From: Escherichia coli
Lineage (GTDB): Bacteria; Pseudomonadota; Gammaproteobacteria; Enterobacterales; Enterobacteriaceae
Strand: one strand, 5' to 3'
DNA: 64,000 nucleotides
NCBI RefSeq assembly: GCF_036507355.1
Contig: NZ_AP027877.1
Shown: in pieces, positions 21,441 through 30,717 of the stretch
Position numbering within the stretch: position 1 is the first letter of the stretch
Layout of the letters: the number at the start of each line of letters is the position of its first letter
Notes under the pieces: generated by a model
Databases searched by the model: none
What the model was told of the DNA's origin: nothing
What the model saw: the letters and a program-made list of their open reading frames with translations, nothing else
Program-made: the position numbers and the translations under genes

Positions 21441-22286
21441 TTATTTTCCCGCCTCCGGGTGCGTATCAAACGCCGCCATCACCAGCGCTAACTCATCCAC
21501 GGTAAAGCCATGTTTCGCATCATCCACGCCCAGACCAAACTGTTCTTGCATCACGGCATATAACGACGCCACATCCGGTAGATTTCGCTGCTCCACCGCG
21601 TGCCCATTTTCATAATGGGTAAAATGAAAATTGGGCAGTGTCAGCTTGCCGCCGTCCGGTAAATGGCGGCACATCAGCAAATGATGGCGAAAATGCGACT
21701 GCGGCCAGTGCGCCGACCAGAAATTGCCCATCACATAATCGCTTTGTTGCTGCTCGCAGAGATCAAAACGGTACATCGACTGCCAGTGCTGATGATGATT
21801 AAACTGCAACACCCAATCATCACCCTCCTGCAACAACCGATACTCTCCGTGTGGCGTGGTCTGCACGAGATCGGGAACTAAACGAATCGGCGCGGTTAGC
21901 GTCTGCCCACCGAAACCGACATCAGCAATCCATTTTTCCTCTTCCAGTTCCACCAACAGCAAACGATGGGTGCGCGGCGGTAATGCTGGCGGATTTGATA
22001 ACACTACGCGCCCTAACAAGCTGCGAACGTTAAACCCCAGCTCGCGTAACACCCGCTCAAACACGCCATTCTGCTCAAAACAGTAACCGCCACGACGGGC
22101 TATCACCAGTTTCTCTTCCAGCGATTGATCATCAAGCTGTATTTCCCTCGGCAGCAAAACGTCAAGGTTTTCAAACGGAATGGTGCAATTGTGTTTCAGG
22201 TGCAATGCACGAAGCGTATCAATATTGACCGCAGCAGCTCCCGACCAGTTAATACGGGCAAAATAGTGATTCAGAATGGGCGTCAT
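21441..22286 (-). CDS. nhoA: Arylamine N-acetyltransferase / N-hydroxyarylamine O-acetyltransferase
   Basis: 281-aa ORF; NAT family with catalytic Cys context GGYCFEQN. Confidence 0.9.
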   Translation of the reverse strand: MTPILNHYFARINWSGAAAVNIDTLRALHLKHNCTIPFENLDVLLPREIQLDDQSLEEKLVIARRGGYCFEQNGVFERVLRELGFNVRSLLGRVVLSNPPALPPRTHRLLLVELEEEKWIADVGFGGQTLTAPIRLVPDLVQTTPHGEYRLLQEGDDWVLQFNHHQHWQSMYRFDLCEQQQSDYVMGNFWSAHWPQSHFRHHLLMCRHLPDGGKLTLPNFHFTHYENGHAVEQRNLPDVASLYAVMQEQFGLGVDDAKHGFTVDELALVMAAFDTHPEAGK

Positions 22287-22458
22287 CAGGCGTTTCCCTT
22301 AGTGGTTTTCTCAACTTATAACCTGGAATAGACGCCGCACCGGCTATTTTGTGCGATCGCGGACATGCATCACGTTCGCAAATCGCCAATCCCGTTAATT
22401 TCGTTACTTATTGCGTTACGGACTACGCTTAAAAAAACCTTCTTCGCGAGGCGATACC

Positions 22459-23028
22459 ATGAGCCGATTCATCCCCATAGAATTACACCATGCCAGCCGT
22501 CTGTTAAATCATGGCCCAACTGTCTTGATCACCAGTTTCGATGAGCAATCCCAGCGGCGTAACATTATGGCTGCAGCCTGGTCAATGCCGGTGGAGTTTG
22601 AACCTCCACGCGTGGCGATTGTGGTAGATAAATCGACATGGACCAGGGAGTTGATTGAACATAACGGTAAATTTGGCATCGTTATCCCGGGCGTTGCAGC
22701 AACTAACTGGACGTGGGCGGTGGGAAGTGTGTCGGGGCGTGATGAAGATAAATTTAATTGCTATGGCATTCCGGTTGTGAGAGGCCCGGTATTTGGTTTG
22801 CCTCTGGTCGAGGAAAAATGTCTGGCGTGGATGGAGTGTCGATTGCTACCTGCGACTTCTGCGCAAGAAGAATACGACACGCTGTTTGGCGAAGTAGTAT
22901 CAGCAGCGGCAGACGCACGGGTATTTGTCGAAGGCCGCTGGCAGTTTGATGATGATAAGCTCAATACATTGCATCATTTAGGTGCTGGCACGTTTGTTAC
23001 TAGCGGCAAGCGTGTTACGGCGGGTTAA
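22459..23028 (+). CDS. yddH: Flavin reductase-like domain protein
   Basis: 189-aa ORF from MSRFIPIELH; synteny. Confidence 0.8.
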   Translation: MSRFIPIELHHASRLLNHGPTVLITSFDEQSQRRNIMAAAWSMPVEFEPPRVAIVVDKSTWTRELIEHNGKFGIVIPGVAATNWTWAVGSVSGRDEDKFNCYGIPVVRGPVFGLPLVEEKCLAWMECRLLPATSAQEEYDTLFGEVVSAAADARVFVEGRWQFDDDKLNTLHHLGAGTFVTSGKRVTAG

Positions 23029-23031
23029 GCA

Positions 23032-23259
23032 TTACATGCTGTAACCAGGTTTCTTTATCAAAGCCTCCATTTGGGGCGCGATTTCGGCATCCCAGATAGC
23101 TTGCCATGATTCTGGTTGAATCTGCTGTAGAGAAATGCTTATCGAGCTATCTTTACTGTTCAGATGGCGAATAATAACGTCGGTAATATCTGCAGCAAGT
23201 GCTGCTTTTTGTTGTTCGTCCAGTTCACGCGGAAAACATTTAATGTCGATGTGCGGCAT
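23032..23259 (-). CDS. pptA: Tautomerase (4-oxalocrotonate tautomerase family)
   Basis: 75-aa ORF beginning MPHIDIKCF with the catalytic N-terminal Pro typical of this family. Confidence 0.85.
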   Translation of the reverse strand: MPHIDIKCFPRELDEQQKAALAADITDVIIRHLNSKDSSISISLQQIQPESWQAIWDAEIAPQMEALIKKPGYSM

Positions 23260-23626
23260 GATTGTGCTCCTTTTGAAAGATGTCAGTAAAATTAACACAC
23301 ATTGTGAATGTCGTGTGTCCGGTAATGCGTTTTTACGACAATAATGCCTGCTTGAAATTGTAGATATTTGCACTACACCCTTTTAAATAAAGCACCAACA
23401 AATCTTCAAATTGCAGGACATATTCTTCTGCCAATATACCATTAAGAAAACATCAAGTTCCCGGCTTGCCAATTTATTAACGCCCATTATAGACGCTGAA
23501 ACAAGCCACGGACAAAGAAGATGCCAAAATTACCGGCAATGCAGAAAAACTCAACGAACTGTTAGGTTAAATGGATAATTTTGAATTTTGGTTCAATATA
23601 GTGACACTATAAAATTACTTTGTATC

Positions 23627-23649
23627 GGGCAGGTGCCCTGCCCTTTTTT
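23627..23649 (+). terminator. Orphan rho-independent terminator (perfect 7-bp GC stem + T6)
   Basis: GGGCAGG-tgc-CCTGCCC followed by TTTTTT; overlaps a second CCCTTTTT/AAAAAGGG inverted repeat; no annotated + strand gene ends here. Confidence 0.5.
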
Positions 23650-23712
23650 AGTTAAAAAGGGCTGAAAGAAGAAATACGCATCATTCATGGAAAACTCGCC
23701 GCGATATGGTAA

Positions 23713-24015
23713 TTCGCGGCATGGCAATTAACTTGCCAGTCAGAGGATATTGTTGTCCGTTATGGTAGCGAAGATTTTGCCATCAAACTTTTTAATGCAA
23801 CATTGCCGGAAGCAGAGACGGTAGCAGCCAGAGTGAAACAAGAACTTAAACTGGCAGCTATCCCGCATCAGGCATCTGCTGTTAGTGCGTTCGTTACGGT
23901 TAGTCACGGGATTACCTGGTCTGCTCCCGCCAAAACGGCTGAACAAATTATTTCAGATGCCGACGCCGCGTTATACCGGGCGAAAGCAAGTGGGCGAAAT
24001 CGATGGGCTTTATAA
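23713..24015 (+). pseudogene. C-terminal fragment of a GGDEF-domain (diguanylate cyclase-like) protein
   Basis: In-frame translation ...RYGSEDFAIKL...SAFVTVSHGITW...ADAALYRAKASGRNRWAL matches the C-terminal half of GGDEF domains; no N-terminal part and a stop immediately upstream. Confidence 0.5.
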
Positions 24016-24078
24016 CTATTAGGGGACTGGCTAGATTACGTATCTTCGCTCTTAACAAGGACTGACGGCAGGGCAAGA

Positions 24079-24560
24079 TTACGAAAGCCCGCTCCCCGCA
24101 AGGACTGACGCCAGATAGTTTCTGTCCATGGCTGCTTTTCGCATCTTATGTCTTAACCCTGCCTTGAATACCTTATCATTCGTCAAAATATTAATAGCAA
24201 TGTGCCGTATCCCTGGAAATAATTCTGCTGCATTTCCTCTTCTTATTTTGCAGTCGTCTTCATTCATTACCACGTCCAGACGCCAGTGCAGCTTATTCTC
24301 CACGTGCCAGTGGTTTCGGATTGCTGTGGCGAACTTCTCTGCGGTTAAATCAGCAGAACTGATATAATATCTGACCGTCATTTCTGGCTCTTTCTTTTGT
24401 TCTGCTATTATGGACCGAAAGGAGACTGCCACGCATAATTTCTTCAGCCCTTTCCATTCAAACGTGAAATCAATAAGTTCATCAGGAACATCGCAAACAA
24501 TATGAAGACGGATTTCTTCTCTGCCGTGACTAAAATGCGAATTATTTAGTACAAAAAAAG
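24079..24560 (-). pseudogene. 3' remnant of an H-repeat / ISAs1-family transposase gene
   Basis: ORF 24079-24432 encodes ...[43 protein letters not shown]..., the conserved C-terminus of H-repeat proteins such as YdcC; further matching residues continue upstream in a shifted frame; N-terminal two-thirds absent. Confidence 0.6.
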
Positions 24561-24636
24561 CGGCGCACCTTGTTCTTTCCCAGATTCCTAATATGGCAAC
24601 TTTAAGTTATCGCCGTCTATACTTATAGAAATTTCA

Positions 24637-25092
24637 TCAGGGGTGACATAAATAGAATTTTTTTTCATCCTCAATTGCCCATAACTGATTAATAAAAAAG
24701 TGTTTTTTATCATCTAATAACAAATCATCACATGTAGTAAAATTATTAATATCAAAAAAATCATCAGCACAATTAATTTTTAAATTTAAAAAATAAAGAA
24801 AAATATTATTGATTGATTTGAGTGTAAACCACTTGTCATTAACAAATTTATAGCCAGATGATTTTATAAAATAATAATTATCTCCTGGTATAAAGGCATA
24901 CATATCATTTAAGGTTATACTCAACAAAAAACTACGACCTGGTTTAATAGTATTCCAGCGTTCAGGATTCGTATTAATTTCAAAAGGACATGAACCACCT
25001 AAGTAGTCCAACGTGATATTCCCAGAGTTGATCCTGGATGGTTTTTTGCATATCGCATCATATTCATCTCCTTTTCCATCTTTTACTTTCAT
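24637..25092 (-). CDS. Hypothetical protein (151 aa), AT-rich, translationally coupled to the upstream small ORF
   Basis: Start ATG overlaps the stop of the upstream ORF (ATGA at 25089-25092); no recognisable motif. Confidence 0.4.
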   Translation of the reverse strand: MKVKDGKGDEYDAICKKPSRINSGNITLDYLGGSCPFEINTNPERWNTIKPGRSFLLSITLNDMYAFIPGDNYYFIKSSGYKFVNDKWFTLKSINNIFLYFLNLKINCADDFFDINNFTTCDDLLLDDKKHFFINQLWAIEDEKKFYLCHP

Positions 25093-25379
25093 AGGTAGAT
25101 AATATTTAGAAAAAAATACGTGGTAGAGCTATTGTTAGTAAAGGTTATGTTAGCAAAAATCCTGTTATTTTTTTTACTCATAGCTAATTGAGCATTGACA
25201 TCCGCTATATAATTTATATGATTACATTTTTTCTTACACTCATCATAATTTTCGATAGGATAAATTAATGGCCTTCCTTTGATATCTCTCTCAAGCCCAA
25301 ACCCGTATTTTTTTATTAAAACCATTTCATCCGCAGTCGATTGAAAGGAATAGAAAAATATAATATTTACGATTGTCAT
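25089..25379 (-). CDS. Hypothetical small protein (96 aa), AT-rich
   Basis: ORF only; hydrophobic N-terminus; coupled to the downstream ORF. Confidence 0.35.
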   Translation of the reverse strand: MTIVNIIFFYSFQSTADEMVLIKKYGFGLERDIKGRPLIYPIENYDECKKKCNHINYIADVNAQLAMSKKNNRIFANITFTNNSSTTYFFLNIIYL

Positions 25380-25431
25380 TATTATGATTTTTTTATAGCT
25401 TGCAGCATTAATATATTTCTCGACTTATTAG

Positions 25432-26280
25432 TTAATGGAGAAGTGTTTTTTCTAATTCCGCTATTTTTTTCTTAACTGAATTGCTTAATATTTCATCATT
25501 AATCGAGTCTATCTCACTTTCAATTAATCTTATTTCAAAATATCTTTCTATGTTATATGCATTCTCAAATATTTGATCTTTTTGTTTAGAGATCAGTTTA
25601 GTTGCAATACGGATATGTTCGTCATATGAAACTTCATCCTCTTTGCACGTTGAATATTTATCAGTAGTTGTATAATCCTGTGACCACATACCACCTTTTT
25701 TATTATCCCCATAATACCACTGAATATGAGACATTTCATGACATAAAGTAGCAACATGAGAATCCTTTCCCGTTACTGGATTTTTTTTGCCATCTCTATA
25801 CTCAAATTTTGCGCCTATGTTAATTATATAGGGCATATCCTTACTTGGGCTGACGAATGCTGCAAATTCATTACAACCTGTATAATTTATAAAACTGCTC
25901 ATTGTTAAATCATTAGCTATAATCATTAATCTTCTCACGCCATCCATCATAAGAAATCTAGCATTCATGCGCCTACCTGTATTATGTCCATATTTTCTTA
26001 TATTAACTTCCTTATTTCCTTTAACACCAAAGATCTTACTGAAATAATATTCCTCCTGTGCTCCCCATCTCAAAAGATCATCTGCTCTTTTTATCAAAAC
26101 CAACTTTTGTGCCTTACGAGCCTTATCAATCATTATTTTAAAATGATCAGTTATTTTTTGCTCTTTCACACATTCTTCTGGCTCTGGCTTTGGTTGTCCA
26201 GAAGTTTGATTATTATCGTCCATAGTGTCCTTCCATTGAGAGAAAATCATCATTCGCAAATAGCAACTAAAAAGCAGCAT
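25432..26280 (-). CDS. Hypothetical protein with HExxH motif (putative zincin-like metallopeptidase or toxin domain)
   Basis: Motif ATLCHEMSHIQWYYG; ~30% GC; true start may be the internal MDDNNQ (26223); function inferred from motif only. Confidence 0.45.
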   Translation of the reverse strand: MLLFSCYLRMMIFSQWKDTMDDNNQTSGQPKPEPEECVKEQKITDHFKIMIDKARKAQKLVLIKRADDLLRWGAQEEYYFSKIFGVKGNKEVNIRKYGHNTGRRMNARFLMMDGVRRLMIIANDLTMSSFINYTGCNEFAAFVSPSKDMPYIINIGAKFEYRDGKKNPVTGKDSHVATLCHEMSHIQWYYGDNKKGGMWSQDYTTTDKYSTCKEDEVSYDEHIRIATKLISKQKDQIFENAYNIERYFEIRLIESEIDSINDEILSNSVKKKIAELEKTLLH

Positions 26281-26410
26281 TACTTGACCTTTCCCTGCAT
26301 AACAATATTTATAAAATAATACGTTTTATGATCTCACCTTGGGCTCCCAACAAGATAATTTCAGTTTTAAAGACTTTCACGAAAAAAATATAGAAATACC
26401 TCACCACCCT

Positions 26411-26701
26411 TCACTTACCAATTAATCTCACAGGAAATCCAACTTCCTTACCACAAATACAATCCCAAGTAACACCTCCCAAAATTTTTGATACTTTAGG
26501 CTGCAATGGCATTATTGACATTATAAATTTATCAAGTTCTTCGCTATATTTAATTCCCTTTATATTTCTTATTATTGATATTCTAGCAGTAAAGATAGCC
26601 GTCTCTCCATCTACACTAAAAGTGTAATTACAATTTTTTGTAATCTCATCAAATTCAACCGATAACAAATCAATATTATGGTTTGTAAACACTATGCCCA
26701 T
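26411..26701 (-). CDS. Putative immunity protein for the upstream effector
   Basis: 96-aa ORF whose start overlaps the effector 3' end by 26 nt; call rests on position and size only. Confidence 0.4.
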   Translation of the reverse strand: MGIVFTNHNIDLLSVEFDEITKNCNYTFSVDGETAIFTARISIIRNIKGIKYSEELDKFIMSIMPLQPKVSKILGGVTWDCICGKEVGFPVRLIGK

Positions 26702-28115
26702 TCCATACCTCCTTAAATTCCTGTTCAGTCATCAGATATCGACTCCCTTGATATGGATCATATATTATCACATTCCCAGCATCATCAACACCCTTAACAA
26801 GTACCCAATGCCCTACTTTACTTCCAGAATCCCACATCATTGCTCCCCATGAACCAGTATTACTGAGGGCATATAAACTAGATTCGCTCACTGCATTCCC
26901 TTCCCAGCCGACATCAAATTTATTAAGCTTGTTTGCCAGCGACGTCATAGATGTTAATTCTGTTCCAATTACATTTTGCGTGACAAAAATATACCTATCC
27001 CTAAGCAACATTTCCCCACAGGCCGCTCCACAGCCTGTTAAAGTCAATTGCTTTATTACATTTGAATCTAAAACCTCATCAAATACTGTCCAATTGCCAC
27101 CAGCACCACCTTCTAAAACTACCGGCTCTACAAATACTTTCCCAGAGATATTTTCTTCTGGTATTTTTGCGGGTATCATAAAGCCCCATAAAAAGCTGGC
27201 AAAATGCTCCAGAGCAATCTGATCACCATTATTTGCATCCATTATCATTTTTTTAAGTGCATCCCATGCTTGCCCATTTATCAATGAATCACTAATATTA
27301 AATAAAGCCTGTTCTTTTTCGTTTAAATTTATATTTGCCTGTTCACATAACCCATCTTCGCCTATCGGGCAAGCAACCGTTGCCGTTGCCGTATCTAACA
27401 GAGCATCGAATGTAACTAAGGCTAAATCCGCCACACCATGTAAAGTGGTGATTGCTCCATTCCCCATTTGAGTAAGTGTGTTCTCTACAAACCATTCTCT
27501 AATTTGAGATTTATCTCCTTCAATATCATTCCTGAGAGATTCTCTGATATTCTTTATTGAAAAAAACTCCCCCCATGATTGGTCAGGATCTTTTATTTGG
27601 AATAAATCATTTTTAACCTCAGGTGAAATATCTCCGTCAAAAATATTACCAACAGAGAGGAGATCCTTCAGAAGCAGTAAATCGTGTATTACTTCAGCAG
27701 TCCTTTCATAATTAAAAGTTCTATCAATGACAGAAATCATTGGTGATTTTATTTTGGTATATAATTTACCAAGGCAGTTATGGTTATTAATCCCAACAAC
27801 TGAACCATGATAAGCGACAGGTCTCCCCTCTATTGTTACAGTCGGACTTCCCGTTAAAATAACGCAGTCACCTGTTCCTTGAGATGTACCAGATATGACA
27901 CCTTTACCGGCATTACTTTGAGTTCCAGCAATCACTGAACCAACATTTAAAGCTCTGCATCCACGCGCCCATACCGTTGAACTGTACTGCCTTTCACTAT
28001 CTAAAGTCTGGTAACTGTCAAAAGGAACCTTGTCACCTCCTACTTCACATACATCTGGTGAAGAGCACACGACTTTAAATCTACATTCACCATCCCCGAT
28101 ATGATAGCTACCCAT
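26676..28115 (-). CDS. Putative T6SS effector: N-terminal DUF4150-type PAAR-like domain, C-terminal C39-like papain-fold Cys peptidase domain
   Basis: N-term SPDVC...VPFDSY...GKGVISGTSQG...TVTIEGRPVAYHGSVVGINNHN resembles the DUF4150 pattern; C-term GCGAACGEML and GHWVLVKGVDD...IIYDP resemble Cys and His motifs of C39/papain-like peptidases; downstream of vgrG. Confidence 0.6.
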   Translation of the reverse strand: MGSYHIGDGECRFKVVCSSPDVCEVGGDKVPFDSYQTLDSERQYSSTVWARGCRALNVGSVIAGTQSNAGKGVISGTSQGTGDCVILTGSPTVTIEGRPVAYHGSVVGINNHNCLGKLYTKIKSPMISVIDRTFNYERTAEVIHDLLLLKDLLSVGNIFDGDISPEVKNDLFQIKDPDQSWGEFFSIKNIRESLRNDIEGDKSQIREWFVENTLTQMGNGAITTLHGVADLALVTFDALLDTATATVACPIGEDGLCEQANINLNEKEQALFNISDSLINGQAWDALKKMIMDANNGDQIALEHFASFLWGFMIPAKIPEENISGKVFVEPVVLEGGAGGNWTVFDEVLDSNVIKQLTLTGCGAACGEMLLRDRYIFVTQNVIGTELTSMTSLANKLNKFDVGWEGNAVSESSLYALSNTGSWGAMMWDSGSKVGHWVLVKGVDDAGNVIIYDPYQGSRYLMTEQEFKEVWNGHSVYKP

Positions 28116-28698
28116 AATATTTTTTTCCTATACATTCAGGAATAATACAACTCAGCACTCCTTCTTTCATTCCAAAAAAATCAGGTATTGTCAATCTCCA
28201 GGTAAGGTATATTTCCTGTCGATTTAAATCGATAACCATTGTATCCGCAACAGGTAAGAACATATGAGATGTATTATGCTTGGTTTTTAATATAAGTACA
28301 GGTCGTATACCTGGCAATTTTGTCTTAACAACCTGTTCAAATTTAAAAAAACCTTCAAGAGTGATGTTTTCATCGCCAGAGAGAAACCCCGCGTATATCA
28401 TATCCGGATGAGCACTATTGTAGAACCTCTCATCAAAATCATCCGGCAAATAGGGATAGCGCTTTTCACGCCATACTTCATTGTAGGTTCCTGCATACTG
28501 GAGGCGACTTTTCCACCATCGAGATACAGGGCCAACGCCTTGAAAAAAGTCAGATTCCCCATTAAAAATGGTAGCGTTTTCTGACAAAGCAGAGCTGGTT
28601 ATTTGTGGGAGTTTATATTGACAACTTGTATTAAGTTGGGAAATATCAGGATAATATCCACAACCTACAGGGTTTGCTGAAAAAACCAATTTTCCCAT
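28108..28698 (-). CDS. Hypothetical protein in adaptor/chaperone position between vgrG and the effector
   Basis: 196-aa ORF; stop overlaps effector start by 8 nt; adaptor role (DUF2169-type by analogy) inferred from gene order only. Confidence 0.35.
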   Translation of the reverse strand: MGKLVFSANPVGCGYYPDISQLNTSCQYKLPQITSSALSENATIFNGESDFFQGVGPVSRWWKSRLQYAGTYNEVWREKRYPYLPDDFDERFYNSAHPDMIYAGFLSGDENITLEGFFKFEQVVKTKLPGIRPVLILKTKHNTSHMFLPVADTMVIDLNRQEIYLTWRLTIPDFFGMKEGVLSCIIPECIGKKYYG

Positions 28699-29560
28699 AC
28701 CATCTGGTTGCCAAATACCACCGTAAGCAAGCTCATAGCGTAGAGGAATATTAATAATTTTATCGTGAGATGCTGATCGTTCGCTACCACAATCTTCTGA
28801 TCATGACTGCCTTCCTTCTTACTCCCAACATTCACCGTCTGACCCACACCCACCGTAATTTTCTGGTTATTGGTTATGGTTTCCGTGTGGTCGTGTTTCA
28901 CCGTCGTCGTCCGGTCATTCAGCACCTCCGTATCCATGTTCTTCTGCGCATGGATATACACCTGCTCATTACTGGTGGCGTCTTCAAACCGCAGCTCGTT
29001 AAATCCGCTTCCTTTATAGGTTTTTGACCGGATGGTCATCTGCGTCTTCGTTCCCGGCAGGTCGCCCGGCGAACGGTTGTCCTCATGGTAGGTCCGCCCC
29101 ATGATTATCGGCTGGTCCGGGTCGCCGTTCAGAAAATCAACAATCACCTCCTGGCCCACCCGCGGTATCGCCAGGTTACCGAACCCCGGCCCCGCCCACG
29201 CCTGCGATACCCGCACCCAGCATGAACTCGCCTCCGTCATCCCGTGATAACGGTCCCAGTGGAACTTCACCCGTACCCGGCCATGTTCATCGCAGAAGAT
29301 TTCCTCTCCCGCAGGCCCGGTGACAATGGCACTCTGCGGCCCGTCCACCTTCGGTTTGCTTTGCAGCCGTGGACGCCACGTCCGGTCCGCCGGTATCACC
29401 TCTAACTGATTTCCCAGCGTGGTTCCTCTCCCTTGGCTGCCGTGCAGCGCCTGCGGCTGGTTTCCTGACAGAATGCTCTGTACCACCTGCCATTCACGGT
29501 TCAGCATCTTCTGCGGATGAGGTGTACTGGCAATAGCGGACACTACCATTTGTTCTTTTT

Positions 29561-30379
29561 TTAAGCAGCCATCTGATGATATTTTTCCCTGAAGGCTGCC
29601 GGGGAGATATTCCCCAGACGAGAGTGACGACGCTGACGATTGTAGAAAATCTCAATGTATTCCCGTATTACTGAGATGGCTTCATCCCGGTTATTAAAAC
29701 GATAGTGGCTCAGGCTCTCATTTTTCAGCGTTCCCCAGAAGCTTTCCATCGGAGCGTTGTCGTAACAGTTACCTTTACGCGACATTGATGTTTTCAGACC
29801 AAACTGCTCCTGTATGACCCGGTAATCGTATGCGCAGTACTGTGAACCTCGATCAGAGTGGTGGATTAGCCCGGCAGGTGGGCGCTGTCTCCTGAGCGCC
29901 ATAAACAGGGCTTTACCTGTCAGCTCTTTTGTCATGCGCTCTCCCATGGCGTAGCCGACAATTTCGCACGTATAAACATCTTTGATGCCAGCGAGGTACA
30001 ACCATCCCTCCTGTGTGGCAACATACGTCAGGTCCGCCACCCAGACCTGATTTGGTGCTGTAGGAGCGAACGTCTGGTTCAGCAGATTTGGCGCAACTGG
30101 CAGATTGTGGTTCGAGTTCGTAGTCGCTCTGAACTTGCGTTTCTGCTTACAGCGTAGCCTTAGCTCCTTACGAAGACGTGCCAGTCGGTCACGACCAACG
30201 ATGATGCCATTCTCTGCCAGCTCCGTCTGGAGCCGCCGGGTTCCATATGTTTCGCGAGTGCGGATATGTGCCACCTTAATCTCCAGTTTTAGCCGCTCAT
30301 CACTTTGTTTTCTGTCTGAGGGTTCATGCTGTACCCAGTTGTAATAACCGCTCCTGGATACACCAAATACCTGACACAT
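29561..30379 (-). CDS. IS600-like transposase OrfB (DDE integrase core)
   Basis: 272-aa ORF with IS3-family OrfB sequence; normally expressed as an OrfAB fusion by -1 frameshifting. Confidence 0.8.
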   Translation of the reverse strand: MCQVFGVSRSGYYNWVQHEPSDRKQSDERLKLEIKVAHIRTRETYGTRRLQTELAENGIIVGRDRLARLRKELRLRCKQKRKFRATTNSNHNLPVAPNLLNQTFAPTAPNQVWVADLTYVATQEGWLYLAGIKDVYTCEIVGYAMGERMTKELTGKALFMALRRQRPPAGLIHHSDRGSQYCAYDYRVIQEQFGLKTSMSRKGNCYDNAPMESFWGTLKNESLSHYRFNNRDEAISVIREYIEIFYNRQRRHSRLGNISPAAFREKYHQMAA

Positions 30380-30414
30380 CGCTTCAATGGGAAATTGTTG
30401 TCGCCATTGTTCGA

Positions 30415-30717
30415 TTAACGCGTATTTTTCAGCGACTCCTGTGCAAAATACGCTGTTGCTTTTTTTAATATATCTCGCTCAAGGCGAGCTTCATTTAACG
30501 CCTTACGCAGTTGCAGAATTTCAGATTCCAGTTCAGCCACCGTGCGGGAACCAGGAGTACCGAGCCCTTTTCTGGCGGCGGTAACCCATTGTCCTAAAGT
30601 GCCTTCAGGAAGAGATAATCGGGAAGCGCCTTCACTGATCGAAAGTTGATTTTCAAGAACCGTTCTGACAGCTTCGGCTTTGAACTCTTTAGAGTAACGT
30701 TGGGTTTTTCTGCTCAT
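30415..30717 (-). CDS. IS600-like transposase OrfA (HTH)
   Basis: 100-aa ORF MSRKTQRYSKEFKAEAVR... typical of IS3-family OrfA. Confidence 0.8.
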   Translation of the reverse strand: MSRKTQRYSKEFKAEAVRTVLENQLSISEGASRLSLPEGTLGQWVTAARKGLGTPGSRTVAELESEILQLRKALNEARLERDILKKATAYFAQESLKNTR

